Shown piece by piece: positions 23,990 to 33,326 of a stretch of DNA of 54,387 bases; position 1 is the stretch's first letter, and each line of letters opens with the position of its first letter. The notes beneath the pieces were generated by a model. It did not search any database, was not told where the DNA came from, and was given only the letters and a program-made list of their open reading frames with translations. The DNA lies in the NCBI GenBank assembly GCA_964349675.1, contig CAYGHD010000004.1:1-54387 (forward strand), read 5' to 3'. Origin of the DNA: an uncultured Candidatus Saccharibacteria bacterium (lineage in GTDB: Bacteria; Patescibacteriota; Minisyncoccia; Phycocordibacterales; SBAW01). The translations under genes were made by a program, and so were the position numbers.

Positions 23990-24817
23990 CTAGGAAAGGT
24001 CGAAAACCCTTTGCGCTGTACGGAGGATTTGCTCGCGCATGACTTCCTCCTCTACCCCTTTAATCTCGGCTAGTTTGCGCACAATGTCTGGGATGTATAT
24101 TGGCTCGTTGCGCTTGCCACGGTTGGGCACCGGCGTAATGTAGGGCGCATCAGTCTCAGACAAGAGCATATCGAGCGGTGTGTTGCGCACCACCTCGTCA
24201 TAGTCGTGCGTGAAAGTCACAACACCGGTGAATGACAGAGTGAAACTCATATCGAGGAATTGTTTTGCCACTTCCCACTGCCCTGCAAAAAAGTGCACGT
24301 CGCCTTGTACTTTGGAATGGGTTTTGAGTAGTTCCAGAGCATCTTTGTATGCATCCCCACCCTCGCCGTTGCGGATGTGTAACATAAGCGGTTTGCCCAG
24401 CGTGTTGGCCAATTCGATTTGTGCAATAAACGCCTCGTACTGTATTTTTTTTGTCTCTTCGTCGAGGCGGTAATAGTCGAGCCCACATTCCCCCACCGCG
24501 ATTACCTTTTTGTCTTGGCCCAACTTTTTATAAAACTCAAAATCAAACACTTCACCTCGTGAGGTAAATTCTTTTCCTCCTTCACCCAGCTCTTTAGTAT
24601 CATGATACGACTTTGCGGTATGCACGGGGTGCAGGCCGATTGTTGCATATACACCTTCCCTGCCCTGCGCCGCATCTACACCCGCCTTGGATGTGTCTTG
24701 CTGGGTGCCGACCAAGTTCATCCCCACCTGCAGCTCTGCGGCACGTGCAAAAACCTCCTCCCGGTCAGCATCAAAGGCAACAAACTGCACGTGTGTATGT
24801 GCGTCAAAGTACTTCAT
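23990..24817 (-). CDS. tatD: TatD-family metal-dependent hydrolase/DNase
   Basis: 275 aa with MKYFDAHTHVQF, AVGECGLDYY, LMLHIRN, HFFAG and SETDAPYITP. Confidence 0.9.
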   Translation of the reverse strand: MKYFDAHTHVQFVAFDADREEVFARAAELQVGMNLVGTQQDTSKAGVDAAQGREGVYATIGLHPVHTAKSYHDTKELGEGGKEFTSRGEVFDFEFYKKLGQDKKVIAVGECGLDYYRLDEETKKIQYEAFIAQIELANTLGKPLMLHIRNGEGGDAYKDALELLKTHSKVQGDVHFFAGQWEVAKQFLDMSFTLSFTGVVTFTHDYDEVVRNTPLDMLLSETDAPYITPVPNRGKRNEPIYIPDIVRKLAEIKGVEEEVMREQILRTAQRVFDLS

Positions 24818-26250
24818 TAGTCTTTACGAGGAAAAAGGTTCTCGGGTTTTTTGTTTGCCACAATCGCCTCGATTATTTTTTTACTCGTCTGCGGCATCAG
24901 TGGCTCAAGCAAAAGGTCTATAGCAGCAAGCTCGTGTACCAACTCCTCGATTATTTTTTTCCCTTTTTCTGCATCTACTTTTATCACCTTAAACGGCTCA
25001 GTCTCGGTAATTTTTTGATTGAGTGCTTGTATGCGGCCCCACACATACTCTGCTGCGCGGTGGATCTCAAATTTTTCCAGCGCCTCGGTGTACTCCTCTG
25101 GGTACGGTACAAACGCCACTTCAACCGGACCCGCTAAATGCGCTTCCGCAAGCGTCAAAATCCGCGACGTCAAATTTCCTAGCCCGTTTGCTAAGTCGGC
25201 ATTGTATGCATCTTTAAACCGCTCCATGGTTACATCGCTGTCGTCAAACGGATGCACATGCCGTGCCAAAAAGTAGCGCAGTGCGTCAGTGCCGTACTCG
25301 GCCACAATAGCAAACGGGTCTATCACGTTGCCGAGCGACTTACTCATTTTTTGCCCACCACTGGTGATAAAGCCGTGGTATACCACATGGTCGGTGTTTT
25401 TGACTTGCCCAGACATCAACATCGCCTGCCACATAATGGACTGAAAGCGTACTTGGTCTTTGCCCGCCACCTGCACCACCTCGCCTTCTTGCCAGTATTT
25501 TTTAAAATTTCCTTCTGTGTTTGGCCATCCCGTAGTGGAAATATAGTTGGTGAGCGCATCAAACCACACATACATCACCTGCGCTTCGTCGCCCGGCACT
25601 GGGATACCCCAACTCATGCGCGCCTTTTCGCGAGAGATACTAAAGTCCTCGAGCCCATCACGTACAAATTTTATTGCTTCTTGGCGACGCCAATCTGGAA
25701 GTATAGAGTCTTCGCGCGCCAAGTACGCCAGCAACTTGTCTTGGTAGGCACTGAGTTTAAAGAAATAATTTTCTTCCTCTATCTCAATCGGCTCCATGTT
25801 TGGGTGGTTGGGGCACTTGCCGTCTACAATGTCTGTCTCTTTTAAAAACATCTCATCGCCCACACAGTACAAACCTTTGTATTTTTTCTTGTAGATGTCG
25901 CCTGCCTGCTCGCATCTGCGCCACAATTCTTGCGCCGCCTCTGTGTGACGATCTTCAGTTGTGCGGATAAATGCACCGTAAGACAAATTGAGCGCCTCTT
26001 TCAACTTCCCAAACTGGCGGGCAAAATGGTCAACGTATTCTTGCACATCCCGCCCCTCTTTTGTTGCTATTTGAAAAATCTTTTGCCCATGCTCGTCTGT
26101 GCCGGTTGAGAAAAACACGTCGCGGCCCAAAAGGCGCTGATAGCGCGCCTGAATGTCCGCATGCACAATCTCCAGCGCAAAGCCAATATGCGGGTCGGCA
26201 TTCACATAGGGCAGCGTGGTGGTGATGTAGAGAGGTTTTTTCTGCTCCAT
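24817..26250 (-). CDS. metG: Methionine--tRNA ligase (short form, no C-terminal tRNA-binding domain)
   Basis: 477 aa with the HIGH-type motif PYVNADPHIGFALE and the KMSKS motif KMSKSLGN. Its stop overlaps the tatD start by 1 nt. Confidence 0.95.
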   Translation of the reverse strand: MEQKKPLYITTTLPYVNADPHIGFALEIVHADIQARYQRLLGRDVFFSTGTDEHGQKIFQIATKEGRDVQEYVDHFARQFGKLKEALNLSYGAFIRTTEDRHTEAAQELWRRCEQAGDIYKKKYKGLYCVGDEMFLKETDIVDGKCPNHPNMEPIEIEEENYFFKLSAYQDKLLAYLAREDSILPDWRRQEAIKFVRDGLEDFSISREKARMSWGIPVPGDEAQVMYVWFDALTNYISTTGWPNTEGNFKKYWQEGEVVQVAGKDQVRFQSIMWQAMLMSGQVKNTDHVVYHGFITSGGQKMSKSLGNVIDPFAIVAEYGTDALRYFLARHVHPFDDSDVTMERFKDAYNADLANGLGNLTSRILTLAEAHLAGPVEVAFVPYPEEYTEALEKFEIHRAAEYVWGRIQALNQKITETEPFKVIKVDAEKGKKIIEELVHELAAIDLLLEPLMPQTSKKIIEAIVANKKPENLFPRKD

Positions 26251-26262
26251 ATATCAACAAAA

Positions 26263-27336
26263 CTACTGCCCTTCTGTCTTAGGCGCAAGGCCCGCCCGCA
26301 CAAGCAACCGCGCTTTCTTTTTTTCAATATCAGTGACGAACTCTTGTATAGCGCCTGCGATAGGCACCGACAGCAGTACTCCCAAAAATCCGACCAATTT
26401 GAGCCCCACAAGCAACGCCAAAATCACCAATAGTGGTGGCACACCTACCACTTTTTTTACTACCACAGGGTAAATTAAATGTGCTTCAAATTGTTGCACA
26501 ATGACATACAATCCCGCCGCCATAAGTGCCTCAGTGACCCCACCAAACGTAAATGCGACCGCGACCGCGGGGATTGCTGCTAAAATTTGACCAAATACAG
26601 GGATAAGCTCGAATATTGCGGCCAATACTGCCAATAACAAAGGATGCGGGATTCCTAAAATAAGTAATCCTAAATAGAGAAGCACGCCCACAATCACCCC
26701 CAATATCAGCTGCCCTTGCATCCACTTGCCTATCTTGTCTTGACTGCGTTTCCACAAATCCAACACATATGCTTCATGTTCGACCGGAGTGATAATGCGC
26801 AAAAAGTCATCGACGCCTGTTTCTTGGACAGAAAAGTAGAATGAAAAAACAACAATGAGCACCAAAGACGTCAGGCCGCCAAAAAATGCCGACACGGTAG
26901 TAAACATGCCGCCGGTGGAATTTGCGAGAGTATTTGATAAGTCACGTAAAAAATCTGCCGAAGACAGTGTCCCTGTTAAAGAGCCCGGCAAGAGCCCGTG
27001 GGTCATATCCGCCAAGTTAAGACTTGAGAGTGTCGCGGGCAACTGCTGCAGCAGGCTTGCCGCATCATTTAACACGGGTGGGATGAAGAAAAAAAGTATA
27101 CCGGAAAACGCACCGATAACGCCCGCATAGATGCCTATCACTGAAAACAGACGGCTCACGCCGCGGCGCATCAACGCATGCACCCCTGGCTCTATCGCCG
27201 AAGCAATCACCACAGCGGAAAGCACAATAAGCACAATGTCGCGCAAGTACCACAGCAGTGCGATCAGAATACAAAAAAGAATCGTCTTGATGATACTCCC
27301 CGACGTGATATGCACGCTAATATCACGATCTGTCAT
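26263..27336 (-). CDS. AI-2E family transporter (UPF0118/PerM-like permease)
   Basis: 357 aa with about 8 TM helices. Characteristic segments are LELIPVFGQILAAIP and VQQFEAHLIYPVVVKKVVGVPPLLVILALLVG. Confidence 0.8.
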   Translation of the reverse strand: MTDRDISVHITSGSIIKTILFCILIALLWYLRDIVLIVLSAVVIASAIEPGVHALMRRGVSRLFSVIGIYAGVIGAFSGILFFFIPPVLNDAASLLQQLPATLSSLNLADMTHGLLPGSLTGTLSSADFLRDLSNTLANSTGGMFTTVSAFFGGLTSLVLIVVFSFYFSVQETGVDDFLRIITPVEHEAYVLDLWKRSQDKIGKWMQGQLILGVIVGVLLYLGLLILGIPHPLLLAVLAAIFELIPVFGQILAAIPAVAVAFTFGGVTEALMAAGLYVIVQQFEAHLIYPVVVKKVVGVPPLLVILALLVGLKLVGFLGVLLSVPIAGAIQEFVTDIEKKKARLLVRAGLAPKTEGQ

Positions 27337-27370
27337 GTGCCCATACTACCACAAGTACCTTTTTGGTATG

Positions 27371-27403
27371 TAAAAAGAGCCCCGACACGGTATGTCGGGG
27401 CTC
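27371..27403 (-). terminator. Intrinsic terminator (GAGCCCCGAC-acggtat-GTCGGGGCTC + U-run on minus strand)
   Basis: 10-bp perfect stem at 27377-27386/27394-27403, with AAAAA on the plus strand at 27372-27376. Confidence 0.75.
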
Positions 27404-27411
27404 AGGTGCGC

Positions 27412-28140
27412 CTAGCGCTTGGCTGGCATGGTGGTGTCCTGCATCATCTGGAAAACCTGTTTGAGGTAGTCTAGGGAATGCAGACCGCGAAAGACGGCCG
27501 CTTGGACGCTTGAGACGTTCAGAAAAATAAGCAGTGGCGCCGCTGAGGCCTGTTCAGACGCCTCCGCAACGTGCTGTTTGATGCGGGCCGCATGGCGCTG
27601 TGACTCCATACACAGGGCAAATACGCCCCTGTTTGCACCCACAGTCTCTGCCAGTTGAGGAAATGGATCGGCCAGGTCAAACAACGCCTTCTGATTCATG
27701 AAGACAATGTCCGCGAACCGATCGAATCCGTCTTGCCCCAACTGCTCGCCCATGCATTCTGCGGCATGCGCAGCATCATGCGGAGACATTGCTGCTGGGA
27801 AATGACGATAAATGACAGAGACCTGGCCATCCAGCCCAACATACAATCCTCGAAGCGCCTCGTACTGCTTGGCGCATTCCGCACAGCCGAAGTCCAAGTA
27901 CGCGATAACGACGATACTGTTGTCTGTGCTGCCGCCCACAAAGCGGTCGTCCTCGCGGGGCGGATACACAGACACCGACGCTGGAGCTACTCGGGGCTGA
28001 AATAGAGCAGATTGTTGCTGAGGAGGTGCTGTGAGTGTCGTCAACAGCATCAACGGGCGTTCTCCTGCCATCCACACCAGCAGGAAAAACGAAGCGGTAT
28101 ACAACCTTTTTCCGAACACCATGACGTCATCCCCTTTCAC
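27412..28140 (-). CDS. DsbA-like thioredoxin-fold thiol:disulfide oxidoreductase, membrane anchored
   Basis: 242 aa with an N-terminal TM helix. The CxxC active site reads YLDFGCAECAKQ. GC content is higher than the surroundings. Confidence 0.8.
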   Translation of the reverse strand: MKGDDVMVFGKRLYTASFFLLVWMAGERPLMLLTTLTAPPQQQSALFQPRVAPASVSVYPPREDDRFVGGSTDNSIVVIAYLDFGCAECAKQYEALRGLYVGLDGQVSVIYRHFPAAMSPHDAAHAAECMGEQLGQDGFDRFADIVFMNQKALFDLADPFPQLAETVGANRGVFALCMESQRHAARIKQHVAEASEQASAAPLLIFLNVSSVQAAVFRGLHSLDYLKQVFQMMQDTTMPAKR

Positions 28141-28193
28141 AGGGCTTGAGTTCTAGTCTCCTACTTTAGTCCATACAAACCAACGCAATTTTG

Positions 28194-29564
28194 CTATACT
28201 TTTATCGCTTTTGTCAAGATGCCCGCAAGTTCTTGTATTGAGACTCTTTTTTGCTCACCCGTGTCTCGGTCTCGCAGCGTTACGGTGTCTGCAAGCTCGG
28301 CGTTTTCGCCCAGCGTGTCAAAGTCGACCGTAATACAAAACGGCGTACCAATTTCGTCTTGGCGGCGGTAGCGTTTGCCTATATTACCGTTGTCGTCCCA
28401 GACAATCTGCGGAATTTCTTTTTTAAGGTTGACGTATACTTCGCGCGCTTTTGCCACCAACTCGGGTTTGTTTTTAAGCAGCGGAAATACAGCCGCTTTG
28501 ACGGGCGCCAAGTGCGGGGGGAATTTTAGGTACACGCGGGGCTCGCCGCCCAACTCATCTTCGGTATATGCTTTGACCAACACCGCCAACAGGTGGCGCC
28601 CTACACCAAACGTCGGCTCAAGCACATGCGGCACAAACTTTTCGTTTGTCTGCGGGTCCATGTACTGCAAGTCGGCTTTACTGTGCTCGATATGATTTTT
28701 CAGATCAAAGTCGGTACGGTAGGCCAAACCGCCTATCTCGTCAAACTTGTGCGGATAGTTAAAGTGGAAGTCCACGGTGCGCTTGGAGTAGTGCGCACGC
28801 TCCCCGTCTGGTATCTCTACCTCGCGGATGTCTTCTGGCGCAAAGCCCAAAAGGCTAAACCAGCCGTGCATTTGTTTTTGCCAATAGGCAAAATGCTCAC
28901 CCCAAGTTTTTTCTTCTATAAAATATTCAAACTCCATTAGCTCCAACTCGCGCACACGAAACACGAAGTCGCGCGGCGCTATTTCATTGCGGAAGTTGCG
29001 CCCAATCTGCGCCATCCCAAACGGGAGTTTTGGGTGGAAGGAGTCTACAATATTTTTAAAGTTCACAAACATCCCCTGCGCCGTCTCGGGGCGCAGGTAC
29101 ACCGTAGTGTCTGTGCCGTCGACCGAGCCAACAGACGTTTTAAACATCATATTAAACTGCTGCGGCACCGATAGTTCATTACCGTCGGGGCTTTTTATTT
29201 TTTTCTCTACTATCGCCGCGCCCATCTGCTCGAGCGTCATGCCGCTCGGGTCTACGCCCACATCCTCCAATAAATGGTCGGCGCGATAGCGTTTTTTTGT
29301 TTTAACATCAGACACCAGCGGGTCGTTAAACCCGCCCACGTGGCCACTTGCCTCCCACACTTTCGGGTTCATCAAAATTGCCGAGTCGATGCCGTACATG
29401 TCGTCGCGCGACTCAACAAAATAGCGCCACCACAAATTTTCTATATTTTTCTTGAGCGCCACACCCAAAGGCCCGTAGTCCCACGTACCCGCCAAGCCGC
29501 CATAAATTTCTGAGCCTTGGTACACAAAGCCGCGCCGTTTACACAACGAGACAATTTTCTCCAT
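28194..29564 (-). CDS. glyQS: Glycine--tRNA ligase (class II, alpha2 type)
   Basis: The ORF 28194..29582 has a preferred start at M7 (MEKIVSLCKRRGFVYQGSEIYGGLAGTWDYGPLG) with GAAGGGA upstream. Class II motifs include FRNEIAPRDFVFRVRELELMEFEYF. Confidence 0.95.
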   Translation of the reverse strand: MEKIVSLCKRRGFVYQGSEIYGGLAGTWDYGPLGVALKKNIENLWWRYFVESRDDMYGIDSAILMNPKVWEASGHVGGFNDPLVSDVKTKKRYRADHLLEDVGVDPSGMTLEQMGAAIVEKKIKSPDGNELSVPQQFNMMFKTSVGSVDGTDTTVYLRPETAQGMFVNFKNIVDSFHPKLPFGMAQIGRNFRNEIAPRDFVFRVRELELMEFEYFIEEKTWGEHFAYWQKQMHGWFSLLGFAPEDIREVEIPDGERAHYSKRTVDFHFNYPHKFDEIGGLAYRTDFDLKNHIEHSKADLQYMDPQTNEKFVPHVLEPTFGVGRHLLAVLVKAYTEDELGGEPRVYLKFPPHLAPVKAAVFPLLKNKPELVAKAREVYVNLKKEIPQIVWDDNGNIGKRYRRQDEIGTPFCITVDFDTLGENAELADTVTLRDRDTGEQKRVSIQELAGILTKAIKV

Positions 29565-29589
29565 TACGTTCCCTTCTTTCATATATGGT

Positions 29590-31569
29590 TTATTGTTTTG
29601 GCACTACTTGCCCCGTCCCTCCTTGAAAATTTGCATCCCCAACCAACAATGTCGTCGGCCCTACCCCGCGCACCTGCACGGGCACTTGTGCAAATCTATC
29701 TTGTCCAGAAAACTGCGGGTCGCCAGTGAGCATTGGTGCCTGGCCAATTTGCGATGTGCTTGGCGTAAGCGCCACTTGGAACGTCGCCGTCCGTGCCTGA
29801 GCAGTATACCCAACCCCGGCTTTAAGGTCGCCAGCCGTCCATGTCACGGTGCGGCTCGAAGCATTGTATTGCACGCCACTATTTGGCTGAGCTGCCACAA
29901 AACGCACATACGTCGGCAATACTGCAGACACCGTCGCATTGGCAATAGTATTTGAAGAATTGCTTAACGTCCAGACGATATTGTAGGTGGTCGTTTGCTC
30001 AGCAACTGGCGGCACTGGCCCGGTATTTACAAATGCCCCACTGGAGTAAAGTGCTTGCGCGGTCAGTCCCACAATCGACGAGACTTGTACTTCGGCCATT
30101 GCAGCTGAGGCAACTTTTTCTGGCACCTTGTCTTGACCTTGGCGAACACCCGCAACACTGACATTAAAGTTGAGCGTCGGGTTTGTATATGCCACCCCAC
30201 CAGCCCCAGGCGGCGTAGTAGTAAAACTAAAACGCAGCACCCCGGATCCTCCCGGCGGAACATCCGCCAAGGTAGAGAGTTGGTCTTTAGTCCACACAAT
30301 CACATCATCTTTAGATTGGTAAAAACCGTCTGGAGACTGTATAGAGCTTCGGTCAAGCGTAGCGCCTGCCATCGACAATCGTATTTCCACATCAGACACC
30401 GAATCTGGTAAATTATTCTGCCAAGAAATACTCCCTTGTGTTGTGGCACCCGCGGGCACCGCAACGGTCTTGCCCGACTGGCCCGCAATTGCAATTGTTG
30501 CGCTGATAAATGGGCGTTCAACCGTGAGTGTTTGCGGCACCGTCAAAAACGGTACTTTTATTTGCGTGTTTGTTTGATCTCCATCTGACCCCGCTAAAAA
30601 GCGGAATACCCGTTGGTCACCATCTTGACCTTCTATTTTGCCGATAATTTTGATTACCTTGCTCGTGCCTGGCTCCATTTTGCCCAACCGCCAAATAGTG
30701 TCCCCCGCTTCTGCGGCGGGCATCGCACTTAAAATTGAAAATCCAAACGGATATTGACCCTGAATGACCACGTCTTCAACCGGCGTTGTGGCATTGCTCT
30801 GGATTGTAAGCGTTATCGGAAACTCTTGCCCCGCGACAGCATTGGTTGGTGAGTCTATAGACACGGACACAGGTGATGATCCGACCAAAAAATCAACTTC
30901 AGTCTCTTTTTCAAAAATCGCGTTTGAGCCGGGAATCGTGTACTCAAGGCGCGCGCGCACTTTTTGCGGCATCCCCTCCTGCCCGTAAAATACCGCTGCT
31001 GCAGTGCGTTTTATCTGTTGCCCCGAGTCTATAGCACCGACCGTTTGCCGCTCGCGCGCGAGCACTTTTGTTTGGTCTGCCGGGTCTCTGGTCCCCTCTG
31101 GGTAGTCGATGACCAAATCAACAAGCTGCAGCTGGGTGGGATTGCGATTGTTGATGAGGATTTGCAGCGTTGTCTCTTTACCACCATCAATAAGCGATGG
31201 CGCAATGATTTGCATGTCGATATTTTGTGGAGAAATCGTGTTGGAGTCGAAGAAGATAACGTATGCAGCAAAACTTCCCGCAACGAGAAAGAACGCGACC
31301 GACGCGAGAAAAAACTTTACTGCAAAAGAGGTCTTTTTTTTACGTGCCATAGGAACAACTTTGGTAATATCCCCACCATGAAATGCTGCTGACTGCCCTG
31401 CCGCTGGAGCTACGGGAGGTGGAGGTGGTGCACCCTCCCACGCAACCGGCACATGCGACGCCTCATGGGTAAGCGGTGTGCGCTCCTCTGGATGTACCTC
31501 GGGCTCTTCTGTCCTGGAATAGAGCTTTTCCTTTAAACCCTCGACGGAGTTGTTTTTCTTCCCTGCCAT
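29590..31569 (-). CDS. Large membrane-anchored extracellular protein of unknown function (beta-rich repeats)
   Basis: The ORF 29590..31602 is trimmed to M12 (MAGKKNN...). It has a Pro-rich cytoplasmic N-terminus and one TM helix (FAVKFFLASVAFFLVAGSFAAYVIFF). About 540 aa are extracellular. It follows the pilin gene after a 40-nt gap. Confidence 0.75.
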   Translation of the reverse strand: MAGKKNNSVEGLKEKLYSRTEEPEVHPEERTPLTHEASHVPVAWEGAPPPPPVAPAAGQSAAFHGGDITKVVPMARKKKTSFAVKFFLASVAFFLVAGSFAAYVIFFDSNTISPQNIDMQIIAPSLIDGGKETTLQILINNRNPTQLQLVDLVIDYPEGTRDPADQTKVLARERQTVGAIDSGQQIKRTAAAVFYGQEGMPQKVRARLEYTIPGSNAIFEKETEVDFLVGSSPVSVSIDSPTNAVAGQEFPITLTIQSNATTPVEDVVIQGQYPFGFSILSAMPAAEAGDTIWRLGKMEPGTSKVIKIIGKIEGQDGDQRVFRFLAGSDGDQTNTQIKVPFLTVPQTLTVERPFISATIAIAGQSGKTVAVPAGATTQGSISWQNNLPDSVSDVEIRLSMAGATLDRSSIQSPDGFYQSKDDVIVWTKDQLSTLADVPPGGSGVLRFSFTTTPPGAGGVAYTNPTLNFNVSVAGVRQGQDKVPEKVASAAMAEVQVSSIVGLTAQALYSSGAFVNTGPVPPVAEQTTTYNIVWTLSNSSNTIANATVSAVLPTYVRFVAAQPNSGVQYNASSRTVTWTAGDLKAGVGYTAQARTATFQVALTPSTSQIGQAPMLTGDPQFSGQDRFAQVPVQVRGVGPTTLLVGDANFQGGTGQVVPKQ

Positions 31570-31609
31570 ACCGCAAAGTATACCATTGTGCCGCTCTTGC
31601 AAAATGACA

Positions 31610-32107
31610 CTACCGAGTAACGGAAATGGTCTCGCCCAACTCCGCCGATGGAGCGCTCACTATAATTCGCCCCGTTGCGGTGTCTCGCCCTACTCGGTAG
31701 CAAGTATTGTAGTTTGTCGCATCTGTATATGCGGCTGTGCATGTGGTAGAGCCAACTGGGTCAAATGGCAATATTGTTAGATATGTTGGGACCAGGCAAG
31801 GCGCCAAGTCGTACGCTGACGACCCGCCACTTTTTATCTCGCCCGCCTCACCGCTGGTGCTTGCAATAGCAAGCGACGCGCCATTACACATAAACACACC
31901 TTTATTTTCTGCGATGTTTTGGGTTATCGCATTAAGAATCGCATTAACATTGCTGACACGCTGGCTATTGCGCGCTTGCGCAAACTGCCGCGCTGGATTT
32001 ACCGCAACCACTACAACCGTCGCTAAAATCGCAATAATACCGATAACAATGAGCAACTCAATGAGCGTAAAACCTCTCCATTGTTTCCCAAACCTTTTTG
32101 AGTTCAT
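31610..32107 (-). CDS. Type IV pilin (prepilin-type N-terminal cleavage/methylation domain), probable major pilin
   Basis: The ORF 31610..32209 is trimmed to M35. MNSKRFGKQWRGFTLIELLIVIGIIAILATVVVVAV is a canonical class III signal with G-1/F+1/E+5. 165 aa. Confidence 0.88.
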   Translation of the reverse strand: MNSKRFGKQWRGFTLIELLIVIGIIAILATVVVVAVNPARQFAQARNSQRVSNVNAILNAITQNIAENKGVFMCNGASLAIASTSGEAGEIKSGGSSAYDLAPCLVPTYLTILPFDPVGSTTCTAAYTDATNYNTCYRVGRDTATGRIIVSAPSAELGETISVTR

Positions 32108-32165
32108 ATTCGTAAAAACACAGTTACGAACGTAAATAATATGCCAACATAAGCATAGCATCTCT

Positions 32166-32546
32166 TTATGGAACGGCGCGCCATGACTGTATCGTGAAAG
32201 ACGTAGCATCTACCACAACCTCTGCCTGTGTATGTGCTGTGTTATACATAGCGGTTACAAAAAATGCATATTGCATAGCAGTGCTTGTCACTACACCAAC
32301 TTCGCACAACCCTTCTGTGGTTGACATTGGCACTCCACCCACGAAAGCAGAATTCTGTATCAATGCCACCACCACCGCATCTGTGCATTCGCGCGCCGCA
32401 AGCAGGCTACGCTGCGCATATTCATATGCCAACAAATCAGACTGGGTATACCATAAGGAAAAACTAAGCGCCGTTGACAAGGTCAAAAGTATCGCGGCAA
32501 GTATCACCGCTGAAATGTATGCCACAAAACCTTTGGGTTGTGCCAT
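32166..32546 (-). CDS. Membrane-anchored pilus-operon protein, possible non-canonical minor pilin
   Basis: The N-terminus MAQPKGFVAYISAVILAAILLTLSTAL is hydrophobic but lacks Glu+5. The call rests on its position inside the pilus operon. Confidence 0.55.
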   Translation of the reverse strand: MAQPKGFVAYISAVILAAILLTLSTALSFSLWYTQSDLLAYEYAQRSLLAARECTDAVVVALIQNSAFVGGVPMSTTEGLCEVGVVTSTAMQYAFFVTAMYNTAHTQAEVVVDATSFTIQSWRAVP

Positions 32547-32606
32547 CCCCCACATCGGGACTTTATCGTAGCACGACAGAAGCGGAGCCTTTGCTATACT
32601 ATGTAT

Positions 32607-32822
32607 ATGGACCTATTGGTAGCGGCCGGAATGCTCGCGCTCGTGTGTATTGTTGCGCTGCTTATTTGGTCTGTCGCTACCCCAGCTAAAACAGCCGACA
32701 TAGATAAAGAGGAAGAAGCGCACGTGGTCTCTGAACATGCTGACCCTAAAGAGGTGCTTGCTCCGCATAGCAAAACCCGCGAAGAAAAAGCTGCAGAAAT
32801 GGCGTACTACGAGCAAGACTAG
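32607..32822 (+). CDS. Possible small membrane protein (71 aa), encoded opposite to the surrounding pilus operon
   Basis: MDLLVAAGMLALVCIVALLIWSV is a TM helix, followed by an acidic tail. A TATACT -10 box at 32595-32600 lies 6 nt upstream of the ATG (leaderless geometry). The gene fills an otherwise empty 263-bp gap. Confidence 0.4.
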   Translation: MDLLVAAGMLALVCIVALLIWSVATPAKTADIDKEEEAHVVSEHADPKEVLAPHSKTREEKAAEMAYYEQD

Positions 32823-33319
32823 TTTTTTATGTATATATTTTCAAGAATATATTCCACTTCAAATATTTGGCCATTAATAACCATTGCGACACCCAAACGC
32901 GCTGGCAGACTTCCTTCTGCAGGAAGGTTATGAAATACCAAGGATGAGACCGTTGCTGCATTGGTAGTCAGCGGAATAAATGCGCTTTCTGTGTTTCTCT
33001 GCAACTCTATACTACTGCTTGCGGCATTATGCCGGACAGTCGCGTGCGCGTATACCCCTTGTTCATATCTTTGTATCGTTACCGCGGAGCTAGTCCCAGA
33101 GACTGGCGTAACCGCCACCGCGGCAATGAGCAGCGGTTCAATTTTTTGAATAACAAATATTCCCTCCTGCTCTGTACGGAGTTGAGCTGTTGCACTACGA
33201 ACACCGCTCACCACCTGCCACACCACTGCGGCCGTGCTGGTTATAAAAAAAGAAAGAAGTGCCACATATATACACACCTCAAGGAGCGAAAACCCTCTTT
33301 TTGTAGCGGTTAAAAACAT
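32819..33319 (-). CDS. Pseudopilin / minor pilin (prepilin-type N-terminus)
   Basis: The ORF 32819..33409 is trimmed to M31. The N-terminus is MFLTATKRGFSLLEVCIYVALLSFFITSTAAVV. Confidence 0.8.
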   Translation of the reverse strand: MFLTATKRGFSLLEVCIYVALLSFFITSTAAVVWQVVSGVRSATAQLRTEQEGIFVIQKIEPLLIAAVAVTPVSGTSSAVTIQRYEQGVYAHATVRHNAASSSIELQRNTESAFIPLTTNAATVSSLVFHNLPAEGSLPARLGVAMVINGQIFEVEYILENIYIKN

Positions 33320-33326
33320 TTTATCT

